From Desulfatiglandales bacterium (GTDB lineage Bacteria; Desulfobacterota; DSM-4660; Desulfatiglandales; HGW-15), in NCBI GenBank assembly GCA_963667015.2, contig CAXXJJ010000004.1, forward strand, positions 3,968,001 to 4,032,000: DNA of 64,000 bases, written 5' to 3'. The translations under genes and the position numbers were made by a program. Numbering within the stretch: the first letter of the stretch is position 1; every line of letters begins with the position of its first letter. Shown here piece by piece: positions 39,907 through 49,248 of this stretch. Below the pieces are notes generated by a model. The model was not told the origin of the DNA. It worked only from the letters and a program-made list of their open reading frames with translations, and did not search any database.

Positions 39907-39932
39907 ATGGAGGCTGTTGTTACAGCCTCCAT
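39907..39932. other. Hairpin between pstS and pstC (mRNA stabiliser/attenuator)
   Basis: ATGGAGGCTGT/ACAGCCTCCAT inverted repeat. Confidence 0.6.
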
Positions 39933-39941
39933 AATGAAAGA

Positions 39942-40760
39942 TTAGTAAAGCGGTACAAATCCTGCTTCTTTAACATACTTTTGTCCCTTTTCAGGGTTAA
40001 GCATGAAGTTGATAAAGTTAAGGGTATCAAGTTTAGGCCATCCGTTTGTGAACATGTACAATGCCCTGCTTACAGGATAGGTTCCATCAAGAGTTGTTGC
40101 AGGATTTCCTTCTATACTGTTTACCGTGGTTGCCTTGATGGTGTCATTAAGATAACCAAAACCCACGTAACCGATAGCATTCTGGTTTTTAGAAACAGCC
40201 TGTGCTACAGCTCCGTTTGATGCCTGAAGAAGCGCTCCGGGATAAACCCGCTCTTTGCTCATTACCTTTTCTTCCCAAACTTCATATGTACCGGATGAGG
40301 AGTCGCGTGAAATAACAACTATTTTTTTATCCTCTCCTCCGACCTCCTTCCAGTTCTTTACTTCACCCTTATATATAGCCTTAAGCTGATCCAGGGTAAG
40401 GTTGTTAACAGGATTGGACGGATGTATGACCGGAACAATACAGTCATAGGCAACCGCAAAAGGAACAGGATAAACTCCCTTTTCAACGGCCATCTTTACC
40501 TCTTTATCCTTAATGAATCTTGAGCTGTCAGCAATATCTGTTGAACCGTCAATAATAGCCTTTATACCATTACCTGATCCTCCACCGGAAATCGAAATTT
40601 TAACATCCGGGTTCTGTTTCATGTAAGCCTCTGCCGCCTTCTGAGCTATGGGCAGCACCGTTGTCGAACCTTTAATCTCAATACTCCCGGCCCATACCAT
40701 ATTCGCCATTAAGCAGAAAGCTCCTACAAGACTCATTATTGTAAATTTTTTAATTCCCAT
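39942..40760 (-). CDS. pstS: Phosphate ABC transporter substrate-binding protein
   Basis: GSTTVLP, GGGSGNG, RDSSSGT, YPVSRAL. Confidence 0.96.
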   Translation of the reverse strand: MGIKKFTIMSLVGAFCLMANMVWAGSIEIKGSTTVLPIAQKAAEAYMKQNPDVKISISGGGSGNGIKAIIDGSTDIADSSRFIKDKEVKMAVEKGVYPVPFAVAYDCIVPVIHPSNPVNNLTLDQLKAIYKGEVKNWKEVGGEDKKIVVISRDSSSGTYEVWEEKVMSKERVYPGALLQASNGAVAQAVSKNQNAIGYVGFGYLNDTIKATTVNSIEGNPATTLDGTYPVSRALYMFTNGWPKLDTLNFINFMLNPEKGQKYVKEAGFVPLY

Positions 40761-40805
40761 TTTTTCCTCCTTAAGTTACAGAACGTTTTATTATGACATT
40801 TTAAC

Positions 40806-40947
40806 TGTTAGATTTATGTTAGCGTTATGTTAGACCACGATTAAAAACCGCGCCGCATTCACCTCCTCACTGAAAGTTATCTAAATCAGCAATAAGATAT
40901 GAATAATTTGTTAATTGAAAATTAGCAGATTGTTAGGGTTTTATGAG
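40806..40947 (-). promoter_or_regulatory. Two putative PhoB-binding arrays upstream of pstS
   Basis: TGTTAG at 40806, 40817, 40828; TGTTAA/AATTAG/TGTTAG at 40909, 40920, 40931. Confidence 0.75.
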
Positions 40948-40995
40948 GTTCGTACAGGAAGGTATTTTTTTAACTATTCTGAATATGATTTATGC

Positions 40996-41280
40996 TCAGG
41001 CTGCCCTCTTTGACAGGTTATAGGTCTCCATATCAAGGCAGTTTGACGTAATCCCGTTGATCATATCTTCTGCTTTGACATTCTCTTTCAGCCACAACAC
41101 GATATGTTCTGCAGATTCCTTTGGAATATCATGATTCAATACTGTATATTCTTCATGATTTCTTGATGCATCATAGTCATACCTTATCCTGACAGATCTT
41201 TTCCCAACCGATTTTGCCGAGTGATGATTTAAAAGATCAATTATCTTTGAAAGCTTATTTACTGTTCTATGTCTATCCAT
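40996..41280 (-). CDS. Hypothetical protein (94 aa)
   Basis: RBS GGAGG; AGTTAG/TATTAG 11-bp repeats at 41366/41377 upstream. Confidence 0.65.
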   Translation of the reverse strand: MDRHRTVNKLSKIIDLLNHHSAKSVGKRSVRIRYDYDASRNHEEYTVLNHDIPKESAEHIVLWLKENVKAEDMINGITSNCLDMETYNLSKRAA

Positions 41281-41414
41281 TATTTTCCTCCAAACTGTTA
41301 ACGAGTCGTCTATTTAATATTTTATTCTCTAATTTAATCATCTTTATGCAATTTTAAAGCCATAAAGTTAGAATCGTATTAGGAAAAGGTTCAATTTTCT
41401 ATAGATTTTAGGGT

Positions 41415-41468
41415 TTTATTGCGAAGAGCAGGGCCTACTACCTCATCGCTTGCAGCGGAGTAGTTCAT
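41415..41468 (-). repeat. Second copy of the IS200/IS605-end-like repeat (see 8070)
   Basis: Reverse complement nearly identical to 8070-8124. Confidence 0.75.
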
Positions 41469-41516
41469 CGGAGATTTCGTGTGATATTTTAGAGGTGTTT
41501 TTAAGCTTATTCTATT

Positions 41517-43289
41517 TTATTGAGGTAAAACCATCTTAAATGTACTTCCTTTTCCTGGAGAGCTTTCCACGGAGATTGTTCCGGCATGGGCCTGTGTTAT
41601 GTGTTTCACAATAGCAAGTCCAAGACCGGTTCCTCCCAGCTTTCTGCTCCTTGCCCTGTCAACCCTGTAAAACCGTTCAAAAAGTCGGGGAAGATGTTCT
41701 TTCTCAATACCCTTTCCCTGGTCTGTTACATCTATTTCCAGATTAGCATCCTTTATGATGCCTTTAATCGATACCTTTTTACCGCTGTCACTGTATTTGA
41801 TTGCATTATCCAGAAGATTAACAACCGCCTGTTCCAGGAGTGTGGGATTTATCCTCGCTTCAATATTCTCGTCACATTCAAGGTTGATTGAAATATTTTT
41901 TGTATCCGCGTTTTGCTTGCATAATTCAACTGCTGCCCTTAAAACCTCTATTATTTTTTTATTTTCAACCTCTATGCCTTCAGATTCGAAATCTTTTTCA
42001 ATCCTTGAAAGCTTTAAAAGATCATTTATTATTGCCTCAAGCCTGTTCGCATGTTTTAAAACAATCCCCAGGAAACGCTGTCTTTCTTCTTCATCTGTAA
42101 CTCCCCCCTCACGCAGTGTTTCAACAAATCCCTTGATTGCGGTTATTGGAGTTTTTATTTCATGGGAGACATTCGCTACAAACTCCCGTCTGATATTTTC
42201 AAGTTTTTTCAACCTTGTTATGTCATTTAAAACAATGAGTGCGCCGATCCGCTTTCCATCCTCATCAACCAGCTTGGTGCCATGCCCGTTTACATATTTT
42301 TCATCTCCCGGGAAAAGGGTTATTTCCTTTTCAACCGGATCACTTCCGGAAATAACATCCGAAACAAAATCATGGAAGGCCCTGTTTCTAATGGCCTCCT
42401 GAACACTCCGGCCCTGGGCCTCAGTGTTGCTTGTTCCGAAAATATCCTCCGCAGCCCTGTTGAGGCTGATTATATTTTCCCTGTTATCAATTGCGACAAT
42501 GCCCTCATCCATACTTGCGAGAATAACCTCTATTTCATTTCGCTGGTTTGTTATGGTTGAGATCCTGTTTTCAAGGTCATTTACCATCTTTTTCATTGCA
42601 TCATGGAGATTTTCTATCTCTTCAATATTGGACCTTGGTCGATTGAAGCGGTATTCACCCCTTGATATCCCTTCGGCATTTTTCCTTAATTCTTCTATGG
42701 GCCGGCTGATTCTGCGCGAGATAATAAGGCATACGATGGCGGTAAAAAAGGCGATAATAAATCCTCTCAGAATTATCTTTCTCTGTATCCGGTCTATTGC
42801 CTCATCAATTACATCAACCGGAATGGAAGTCCTTATTATCATCCGGATTTGACTGCCTTTAAAGACCGGTATACCGACATACATGAAATTCTTATCCAGG
42901 GTAAGGCTGTGCCTGGTCGACATACCCTTTTTATCTTTGACCGCACCTATAAATTCCGGCCGATCCCCGTGGTTATCCATGCTTTCCGGATCGCTCTCGG
43001 AATCGCCTATTACCTTTCCTGTTGGTGATATAATTGTTATTCTCGTTGAGGTTGACTCCCCTATCTGTTTGCACAGCCGATCTATTTCTGACAAATCAGA
43101 AGAATCCATCAGATCCTGTATCCTGTTCTGAAAAAACCTTGCCCTTACCTCCAGGTCTTCTTCTGTCTGTCTTAGAAAAAAAGTTCTTGAGGATGCGGAT
43201 GCATACCAGGTAACAGTTATAATGGATAAGAGGATTATGAGCAGGTATGAAGGGTAAAGTACCCATATAAGACGTCTTTTTTCAGCCAA
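41517..43289 (-). CDS. phoR: Phosphate regulon sensor kinase
   Basis: Two TMs, HAMP, PAS, FVANVSHEIKTP, FERFYRVDRARSR, GGTGLGLAIVKH. Confidence 0.93.
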   Translation of the reverse strand: MAEKRRLIWVLYPSYLLIILLSIITVTWYASASSRTFFLRQTEEDLEVRARFFQNRIQDLMDSSDLSEIDRLCKQIGESTSTRITIISPTGKVIGDSESDPESMDNHGDRPEFIGAVKDKKGMSTRHSLTLDKNFMYVGIPVFKGSQIRMIIRTSIPVDVIDEAIDRIQRKIILRGFIIAFFTAIVCLIISRRISRPIEELRKNAEGISRGEYRFNRPRSNIEEIENLHDAMKKMVNDLENRISTITNQRNEIEVILASMDEGIVAIDNRENIISLNRAAEDIFGTSNTEAQGRSVQEAIRNRAFHDFVSDVISGSDPVEKEITLFPGDEKYVNGHGTKLVDEDGKRIGALIVLNDITRLKKLENIRREFVANVSHEIKTPITAIKGFVETLREGGVTDEEERQRFLGIVLKHANRLEAIINDLLKLSRIEKDFESEGIEVENKKIIEVLRAAVELCKQNADTKNISINLECDENIEARINPTLLEQAVVNLLDNAIKYSDSGKKVSIKGIIKDANLEIDVTDQGKGIEKEHLPRLFERFYRVDRARSRKLGGTGLGLAIVKHITQAHAGTISVESSPGKGSTFKMVLPQ

Positions 43290-43292
43290 AAC

Positions 43293-43979
43293 TTACTCCT
43301 TGAACCGGTATCCGACACCGCGCACGGTCTCGATATATTTTCCTGCAGAACCAAGTTTTTTCCTCAGGCCGACTATCTGTACATCAACCGATCTATCTGT
43401 AACAAAGTAGTCGTCTCCCTTTACTGCGTCTACTATCTGTGACCGGGTAAAGACCCATCCAGGCCTTTTGACCAGAAAACTAAGTATTCCAAACTCGGTA
43501 AAGGTCAATTGCACCGGTTCATCACTTACAAGCACCTCATGCCGGCCGGTATGGATTTTAATATTGTTAATCTCTATAATTTCCTTTTCACTGTTAACTG
43601 GTTTGGATTTTCTGCGGAGAACGGCCTTTACCCTTGCAGTAAGAATTCTTGGGCTGAATGGCTTTGATATATAATCATCTGCCCCCATTTCAAGACCTGT
43701 TACCACATCAGCCTCCTCACCCTTTGCGGTCAGCATTATTATAGGGATGGTTTTTGTATTGTTATCATTTTTAAGGCTTCGGGCAACATCCAGGCCGTCA
43801 ATCCCCGGAAGCATAAGATCAAGTATAATTAAATCCGGCAGTTTTGATTTGGCGCTATTTAAACCTTCTTCGCCGGAGGATGCACACAGGACATTAAAAC
43901 CTTCTCTTGTTAGATTATATCGAACAAGCTCAAGAATATCCTCTTCATCATCTACAACCAGTATTTTTTCCTTTGCCAT
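43293..43979 (-). CDS. phoB: Phosphate regulon response regulator (OmpR family)
   Basis: DLMLPG, GADDYISKPF, IETVRGVGY; operon with phoR next to pst. Confidence 0.9.
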   Translation of the reverse strand: MAKEKILVVDDEEDILELVRYNLTREGFNVLCASSGEEGLNSAKSKLPDLIILDLMLPGIDGLDVARSLKNDNNTKTIPIIMLTAKGEEADVVTGLEMGADDYISKPFSPRILTARVKAVLRRKSKPVNSEKEIIEINNIKIHTGRHEVLVSDEPVQLTFTEFGILSFLVKRPGWVFTRSQIVDAVKGDDYFVTDRSVDVQIVGLRKKLGSAGKYIETVRGVGYRFKE

Positions 43980-44034
43980 TTCCTGTCTCCTGAAGAGATT
44001 ATAGTATTAAAACTGCTTGATACTAAGATTATAT

Positions 44035-44073
44035 TGTTAGAAAATTGTTAAATAAATATAAGAATGATATTAG
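44035..44073 (-). promoter_or_regulatory. Putative PhoB autoregulatory repeats
   Basis: TGTTAG 44035, TGTTAA 44046, TATAAG 44057, TATTAG 44068. Confidence 0.7.
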
Positions 44074-44108
44074 ATATCAATTATCCCTAAAGAAATTTAT
44101 TCCTGTTT

Positions 44109-44909
44109 TCAAAAGCTTATTGAAACATCTCCGTTTAATATTTTCTTAACATCCCCATCCTGCCCCGTCAGTATCAAACCGCCGTCTGCATCAATACCCT
44201 GAACTGTCCCGCTGATTATTTTTTCACCGATATCGACTGAGACCTCTTTCCCGGTTAAGAGAGACAGGCTGTTAATCCTGCCTTTTAGTGATTCCAGCCT
44301 CTCATTGATTATATCATTATAAAGGATTTCAAGATTTTTTAATATTTCTGCAATCAACCGGTTTCTGGAGGTAACAAGGCCGGTTTCATTAAAAATGCTT
44401 GTGGAAGGAAAGAGTATATTCTTTTCTTTTTCCGGGTTCCAGTTAACATTTATCCCCATACCCAGAATAACATAGGCCGGATTTTTTCCCCTTACCTTAA
44501 ATTCGGTTAAAATTCCTGCCAGCTTTTTATTATTTAAATAGATATCGTTGGGCCATTTTATCATTGATGACAGACCGCTTATTTTTTTTATGGCATCTAT
44601 TCCAGCTACAGCCAGTGCAAGAGTTAAAGAATATATGTTTTCAACCTTTATGTCCGGAATCAGAAGAATTGAAAAAAGTAAATTTTTACAGGCCGGAGAG
44701 AGCCATTGCCGGTCCATCCTTCCCCTTCCGGCGGTCTGCTCTTCAGTCATTACAACGGTACCGCCACATGCACCCTGTATATATAGTTCCTTTGCAGTAG
44801 TATTTGTTGATTCAAGGCTTTCGTATATTATTATGTCAGTAAATAACTGCGCCCCTTCAAGGAGGCCTTTGATTTTTTCCGCATTCAATCTATCCATATA
44901 ATCTTTCAT
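44109..44909 (-). CDS. birA: Biotin-protein ligase (no HTH)
   Basis: STN, QTAGRGR, KWPND, KKLAGIL. Confidence 0.93.
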   Translation of the reverse strand: MKDYMDRLNAEKIKGLLEGAQLFTDIIIYESLESTNTTAKELYIQGACGGTVVMTEEQTAGRGRMDRQWLSPACKNLLFSILLIPDIKVENIYSLTLALAVAGIDAIKKISGLSSMIKWPNDIYLNNKKLAGILTEFKVRGKNPAYVILGMGINVNWNPEKEKNILFPSTSIFNETGLVTSRNRLIAEILKNLEILYNDIINERLESLKGRINSLSLLTGKEVSVDIGEKIISGTVQGIDADGGLILTGQDGDVKKILNGDVSISF

Positions 44910-45886
44910 GACTTCATTATCAGGTAGAAGATATAGCCAAGGTAACAGATCAGGAGGGTAAGCCCGTTACGCCTGCCCATGGTGTGATCCTTTCTCATGG
45001 CTATCCAGGGAATAACGCCTATGATCATCATAACAATGAAATCTACAATTAATCCGCTTTCAATAAATCCACCGGGTATAATAATAGGCCTTACCAGAGC
45101 TGATACCCCAAGTACGCTTAGAATATTAAAGACATTGCTCCCGATAAGGTTTCCTATACTGATATCCATTTCCTTTCTTATTGCAGCCACAACAGATGTT
45201 GTAAGTTCCGGAAGGGACGTGCCAAAGGCAACAAGGGTAAGGCTTATAAACTTTTCACTTACACCCAGGGTTGTCATTATTTTTACTGCGGAAGCAACAA
45301 CGAGCTGGGCCCCTCCGGCCACTCCTGCAATTCCCACAATAATAAGTATTATCTGCCTTGTCCTGGATTCAATATATCCTATTTCATTCAGTTCCGCTTC
45401 AAAGCCCAGCGCATCACTCTTTTCTTCTGCGCCTGTACCTTTAACCGCGATCCTGTAATTCGCGACTGTATAGGTTATTACCCCGCAAAACAGTATTGCG
45501 CCTTCCAGCCTTCCGATTATCGAATTATATGAAAGAATCAGGAGAAACAGGGAAATGCCCAGCATGACCGGAATCTCCCTTTTAACCACCTCTTCGGAAC
45601 ATTTAATTGGCTGAAATAGGGCCGAAAGACCCAGAACCAGGCCTATGTTACAGATATTACTGCCGATAACATTTCCGACAGCTATCATGCTTTTATCTTC
45701 TATGGATGATATAAGACTTACGACAAGTTCAGGAGCTGATGTACCAAAGGCAACAACGGTCAAACCGATAACAATCGGGGTTAAGCCCATGTTTCGGGCG
45801 AGACTGCTGGAGCCCTTTACAAGCCACTCAGCGCTGAAATAAAGAAGAATAAAACCCGTAATGCAGATCAGTAGATAAAAAGTCAT
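44906..45886 (-). CDS. Ca2+/Na+ antiporter (YrbG-like)
   Basis: Two GTSAPEL/GTSLPEL and GSN repeats. Confidence 0.92.
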   Translation of the reverse strand: MTFYLLICITGFILLYFSAEWLVKGSSSLARNMGLTPIVIGLTVVAFGTSAPELVVSLISSIEDKSMIAVGNVIGSNICNIGLVLGLSALFQPIKCSEEVVKREIPVMLGISLFLLILSYNSIIGRLEGAILFCGVITYTVANYRIAVKGTGAEEKSDALGFEAELNEIGYIESRTRQIILIIVGIAGVAGGAQLVVASAVKIMTTLGVSEKFISLTLVAFGTSLPELTTSVVAAIRKEMDISIGNLIGSNVFNILSVLGVSALVRPIIIPGGFIESGLIVDFIVMMIIGVIPWIAMRKDHTMGRRNGLTLLICYLGYIFYLIMKS

Positions 45887-46182
45887 AAGATAATATTTTC
45901 CATTATTTTTGATGATTTAAACATACAGATATCATAAATAGATTATAGTTTACTATAATATTTTCCTTGATTTACTAATCAAAAATATACCATATTGTAA
46001 AACACTTCCGTTTAAAAACATAATTACCTTAAGTTTTTTAACACCGGCTTTTTTTATTGTAACGATAGTAGAGGAACAATCGGAACCTCCTCTTTAGCTG
46101 CAAGAATAAGAAACAGGACCTGCCATTATTCCTCTATTATTGATGATATATTCTTAGAAACATTTTTCAAAAGGGGTGCATT

Positions 46183-46404
46183 ATGAGAGAAGAAAATGAA
46201 GCGGTTCAGCAACTCCGGCATGATGACATTGTCAGAGAAAATCAGGAAAAAACAAAGGCAACAAAGGAAGAAACTGCATCCATTGGCGCCGTAGAGCCCT
46301 GGCTCCCTATTGAGACCAAGATGGTTGTCGGATCATTGATAATTGGAGGAATTGCTCTGGTTGTACTTGCAGTACTTGTTCATATCTTTATTCTCGGAGG
46401 GTAA
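46183..46404 (+). CDS. Small single-TM protein
   Basis: RBS AGGGG; C-terminal hydrophobic helix; 2 bp from the downstream gene. Confidence 0.75.
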   Translation: MREENEAVQQLRHDDIVRENQEKTKATKEETASIGAVEPWLPIETKMVVGSLIIGGIALVVLAVLVHIFILGG

Positions 46405-46406
46405 TA

Positions 46407-47861
46407 ATGAAAAAACAGATTCGATGGAACACTGGAATGCTCAGCACCGAGGATTGGTGGGCCGTATGGATCGGCCTGTTTTTTGTCACACTTGGCATGA
46501 TAACGGCTGCAACAGGAATTAATCTGACAGGCTGGATAGTCAAATTCTCCGGCTGGGTGGATCTTTCAAAATCCTTCCGGGCCTCGAACAAGGGGCTTAT
46601 GTCTCCCGCGTTATCCCTGATAACAAGTTATATTGTTTTTACTGTTGCCACAAGTATTGGGGCAAAATTCATGGGCTGGAATATTAAAAGATACTTCTGG
46701 GCATGGACAATAATATTCTGGCTGACAGTTATATTCTATATTGTCGGACAAAATGCCTATATAGCATCAACATCTCTTGATCGCGGAAAATATGGCATAA
46801 GCTGGAGTCTTTCACTTGGAGGCGCATACTATATTATAGCTTTATTCTCAGGTTTATTTTTGGGAAACCTTACTCCAAAAAAATTCAGGAAATTCATTAA
46901 AGAAGCTGCAAAACCGGAGTGGTTTATTAAAGTGGCGATCGTGTGTCTTGGTACAAAACTTGGATTAAAGGCTATTGAGGCGACCGGCTTTGCCATGCAC
47001 CTTCTTTTTGCCGGCTGCTGCGCCACTATAGCCGCCTATCTGCTCTTCTGGCCGCTCGCATATACTGTCTGCAGAAAGATATTTAAACTCTCCCGGGAAT
47101 GGTCTGCCTGCCTTGCTTCTGCTGTTTCTGTCTGTGGAGTTTCTGCGGCCATTGCAACGGGCGGAGCAATAAGGTCAAGGGCTATTGTTCCGATTATGAT
47201 ATCTTCTCTGGTTGTCGTTTTTGCGGTATCCGAACTGGTTCTTCTTCCCGGTGTATTGACTAAATATATGTCTGACGAACCAATAGTTTCCGGGGCCACT
47301 CTTGGATTAACAGTAAAAACCGATGGCGCTGATGCTGCAGCAGGGGCCATCCTTGACGAGCTTGTAAGAGCAAAAGCCTCGGAAAATGGCACATACTGGG
47401 AGGAAGGATGGATTCTTGCTTCTGCTATAATGACAAAAATATGGATAGACATGTTCATTGGTATCTGGGCTTTTGTGCTTGCAATAATATGGGTTCTGCA
47501 TATTGAAAAACGCAATGGGGACCAGGTCATGAAATCTGAGATATGGTTCCGGTTTCCAAAGTTTGTGGTTGGCTATTTCGTGGCATGGTTTATTGTTATG
47601 GGGATTGGTTTAGCCGAATTACTTCCATTTAATAGTCTGGAATCGGCACTTGGTCCTGTGGAAGGGTCTTTACGTAAATTCTTTTTTATGCTTACTTTCA
47701 CAAGTATAGGAATAGTAACAGACTTCAGGGAGCTCGCAAAGGAAGGGCTTGGAAAATTAACTCTTGCCTATGGCACTGTTTTATTGATTGTTATAATACC
47801 GATTGGTTTTTTACTGGCATGGCTTTTTCATCACGGAATGATGCCGCCGGTGGTATCCTGA
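46407..47861 (+). CDS. YeiH/putative sulfate exporter family transporter
   Basis: TEDWWAVWIG, SVCGVSAAIAT, WFRFPKFV. Confidence 0.85.
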   Translation: MKKQIRWNTGMLSTEDWWAVWIGLFFVTLGMITAATGINLTGWIVKFSGWVDLSKSFRASNKGLMSPALSLITSYIVFTVATSIGAKFMGWNIKRYFWAWTIIFWLTVIFYIVGQNAYIASTSLDRGKYGISWSLSLGGAYYIIALFSGLFLGNLTPKKFRKFIKEAAKPEWFIKVAIVCLGTKLGLKAIEATGFAMHLLFAGCCATIAAYLLFWPLAYTVCRKIFKLSREWSACLASAVSVCGVSAAIATGGAIRSRAIVPIMISSLVVVFAVSELVLLPGVLTKYMSDEPIVSGATLGLTVKTDGADAAAGAILDELVRAKASENGTYWEEGWILASAIMTKIWIDMFIGIWAFVLAIIWVLHIEKRNGDQVMKSEIWFRFPKFVVGYFVAWFIVMGIGLAELLPFNSLESALGPVEGSLRKFFFMLTFTSIGIVTDFRELAKEGLGKLTLAYGTVLLIVIIPIGFLLAWLFHHGMMPPVVS

Positions 47862-47885
47862 TGATTTATAATCAGGATTAGGTTA

Positions 47886-47918
47886 AACACCCCCAGCTTT
47901 ATGCTGTGGGGTGTTTTT
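47886..47918. terminator. Hairpin between convergent genes
   Basis: AAACACCCC-CAGC...GCTG-TGGGGTGTTT. Confidence 0.6.
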
Positions 47919-47926
47919 ATCAGGTA

Positions 47927-48949
47927 TTAATGCTCAAGCTCCTTCTTCAGTTCCCTTGTCATAAGCTCCTTAACCGCCTGCAGAGGATCTTTTCCATTAT
48001 AAAGGATTTCATAAACCTGATCTACAATTGGCATTTCTACACCCATCTTTTTGGCCAGTTCATATGCTGAAATAGAGGTCTTAACCCCTTCGGCCACCAT
48101 TTTCATACCATTTGTAATTTCTTCAAGTGTCATACCTTTACCTATCTTAAGGCCCACGGTACGGTTGCGGCTCAGATCTCCGGTACATGTCAAAACAAGA
48201 TCACCCATTCCGGATAGCCCTGCAAATGTCATGGGGTTTGCTCCCATTGCAACACCCAGTCTTGTGATCTCTGCAAGGCCTCTTGTAATAAGAGCAGCCC
48301 TGGCATTGAGCCCAAAACCCAGACCGTCGGATGCCCCGGCCGCTATGGCAATAACGTTTTTAAGGGCACCGCATAACTGTACTCCGGTATGATCATCACT
48401 TACATATACTCTGAACAGATCATTCGAAAATATTCCCTGAAACATCTCGGCGATGGAAACATCTTTACATGCAATAGTAACCGCTGTTGGCTGTTTCGCA
48501 ACAACCTCCTTTGCAAAGCTGGGGCCTGCAAGACATGCATAGTTTTCGGTATATTCAGGTTCAAGAATGTCTTCCGCAACCTGTGACATTACCTTTAATG
48601 TATCGTTCTCTATACCCTTTGTTGCTGATATAAATTTCATTCCCGGTTTCAGATAGGGTTTTAATTCGATTAAAACGCCCCTGTAAAAATGAGATGGCAC
48701 CACCATCATTATAATATCTTTATCTTTAAGGGCTTCTTCAAAGGTTTTAACGGGATTTAAGCTGTCAACAAGTTTCATGCCGGGGAGAAAGGTTTCGTTT
48801 ATTCTGTTATTTTTAATCTGATCATAAACATCATCTTCTCTAACCCAAAGGTCTACGGTATGTCCATTGTCTGCCAGAAGGTTAGCAAGTGTTGTTCCCC
48901 AGCTGCCTGCACCAATTGCACCGATTTTCATTTTTTTGGTATGCCCCAT
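47927..48949 (-). CDS. gpsA: NAD(P)H-dependent glycerol-3-phosphate dehydrogenase
   Basis: GAGSWGT, ATKGIE, GALKNVIAIA, GDLVLTCTGDLSRN. Confidence 0.96.
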   Translation of the reverse strand: MGHTKKMKIGAIGAGSWGTTLANLLADNGHTVDLWVREDDVYDQIKNNRINETFLPGMKLVDSLNPVKTFEEALKDKDIIMMVVPSHFYRGVLIELKPYLKPGMKFISATKGIENDTLKVMSQVAEDILEPEYTENYACLAGPSFAKEVVAKQPTAVTIACKDVSIAEMFQGIFSNDLFRVYVSDDHTGVQLCGALKNVIAIAAGASDGLGFGLNARAALITRGLAEITRLGVAMGANPMTFAGLSGMGDLVLTCTGDLSRNRTVGLKIGKGMTLEEITNGMKMVAEGVKTSISAYELAKKMGVEMPIVDQVYEILYNGKDPLQAVKELMTRELKKELEH

Positions 48950-49140
48950 AATCTTTCCTTTTTAATATAGGTTAAAGAAATTGTGTCCGAATTCTATTGA
49001 AAATACCTTTAAGGGTCAAGATTAAATATAATATCTATCATTATTTTAATGATTTATATTTATTTGTATGTATTTTAAATTAATAAGTTAATTATTACTT
49101 TAATAGCACCATTTATAACAAACTTATTAAACTATACTGT

Positions 49141-49189
49141 ATATTAAGCTTGATATTAAGCTTGACACAGATAATACATATCATATAAT
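49141..49189 (+). promoter_or_regulatory. Sigma70-type promoter with a 12-bp tandem repeat overlapping -35
   Basis: TTGACA 49162, TATAAT 49184 (16-bp spacer); ATATTAAGCTTG x2. Confidence 0.65.
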
Positions 49190-49248
49190 CCTTTGATTTA
49201 TTTGAATAAAGAACCTACATTTAAGGATATTATTATCAAGGAGCTATA

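Noticed and set aside
39128..42852. Long antisense ORFs (e.g. 39128-39871, 41755-42402)
   Set aside because: Shadow frames of pstC and phoR; the same applies to most short opposite-strand ORFs in the track
46060..46140. Riboswitch upstream of the YeiH operon
   Set aside because: Only a short AGAGGA/TCCTCT stem; I recognise no known aptamer consensus (an Rfam scan would settle it)
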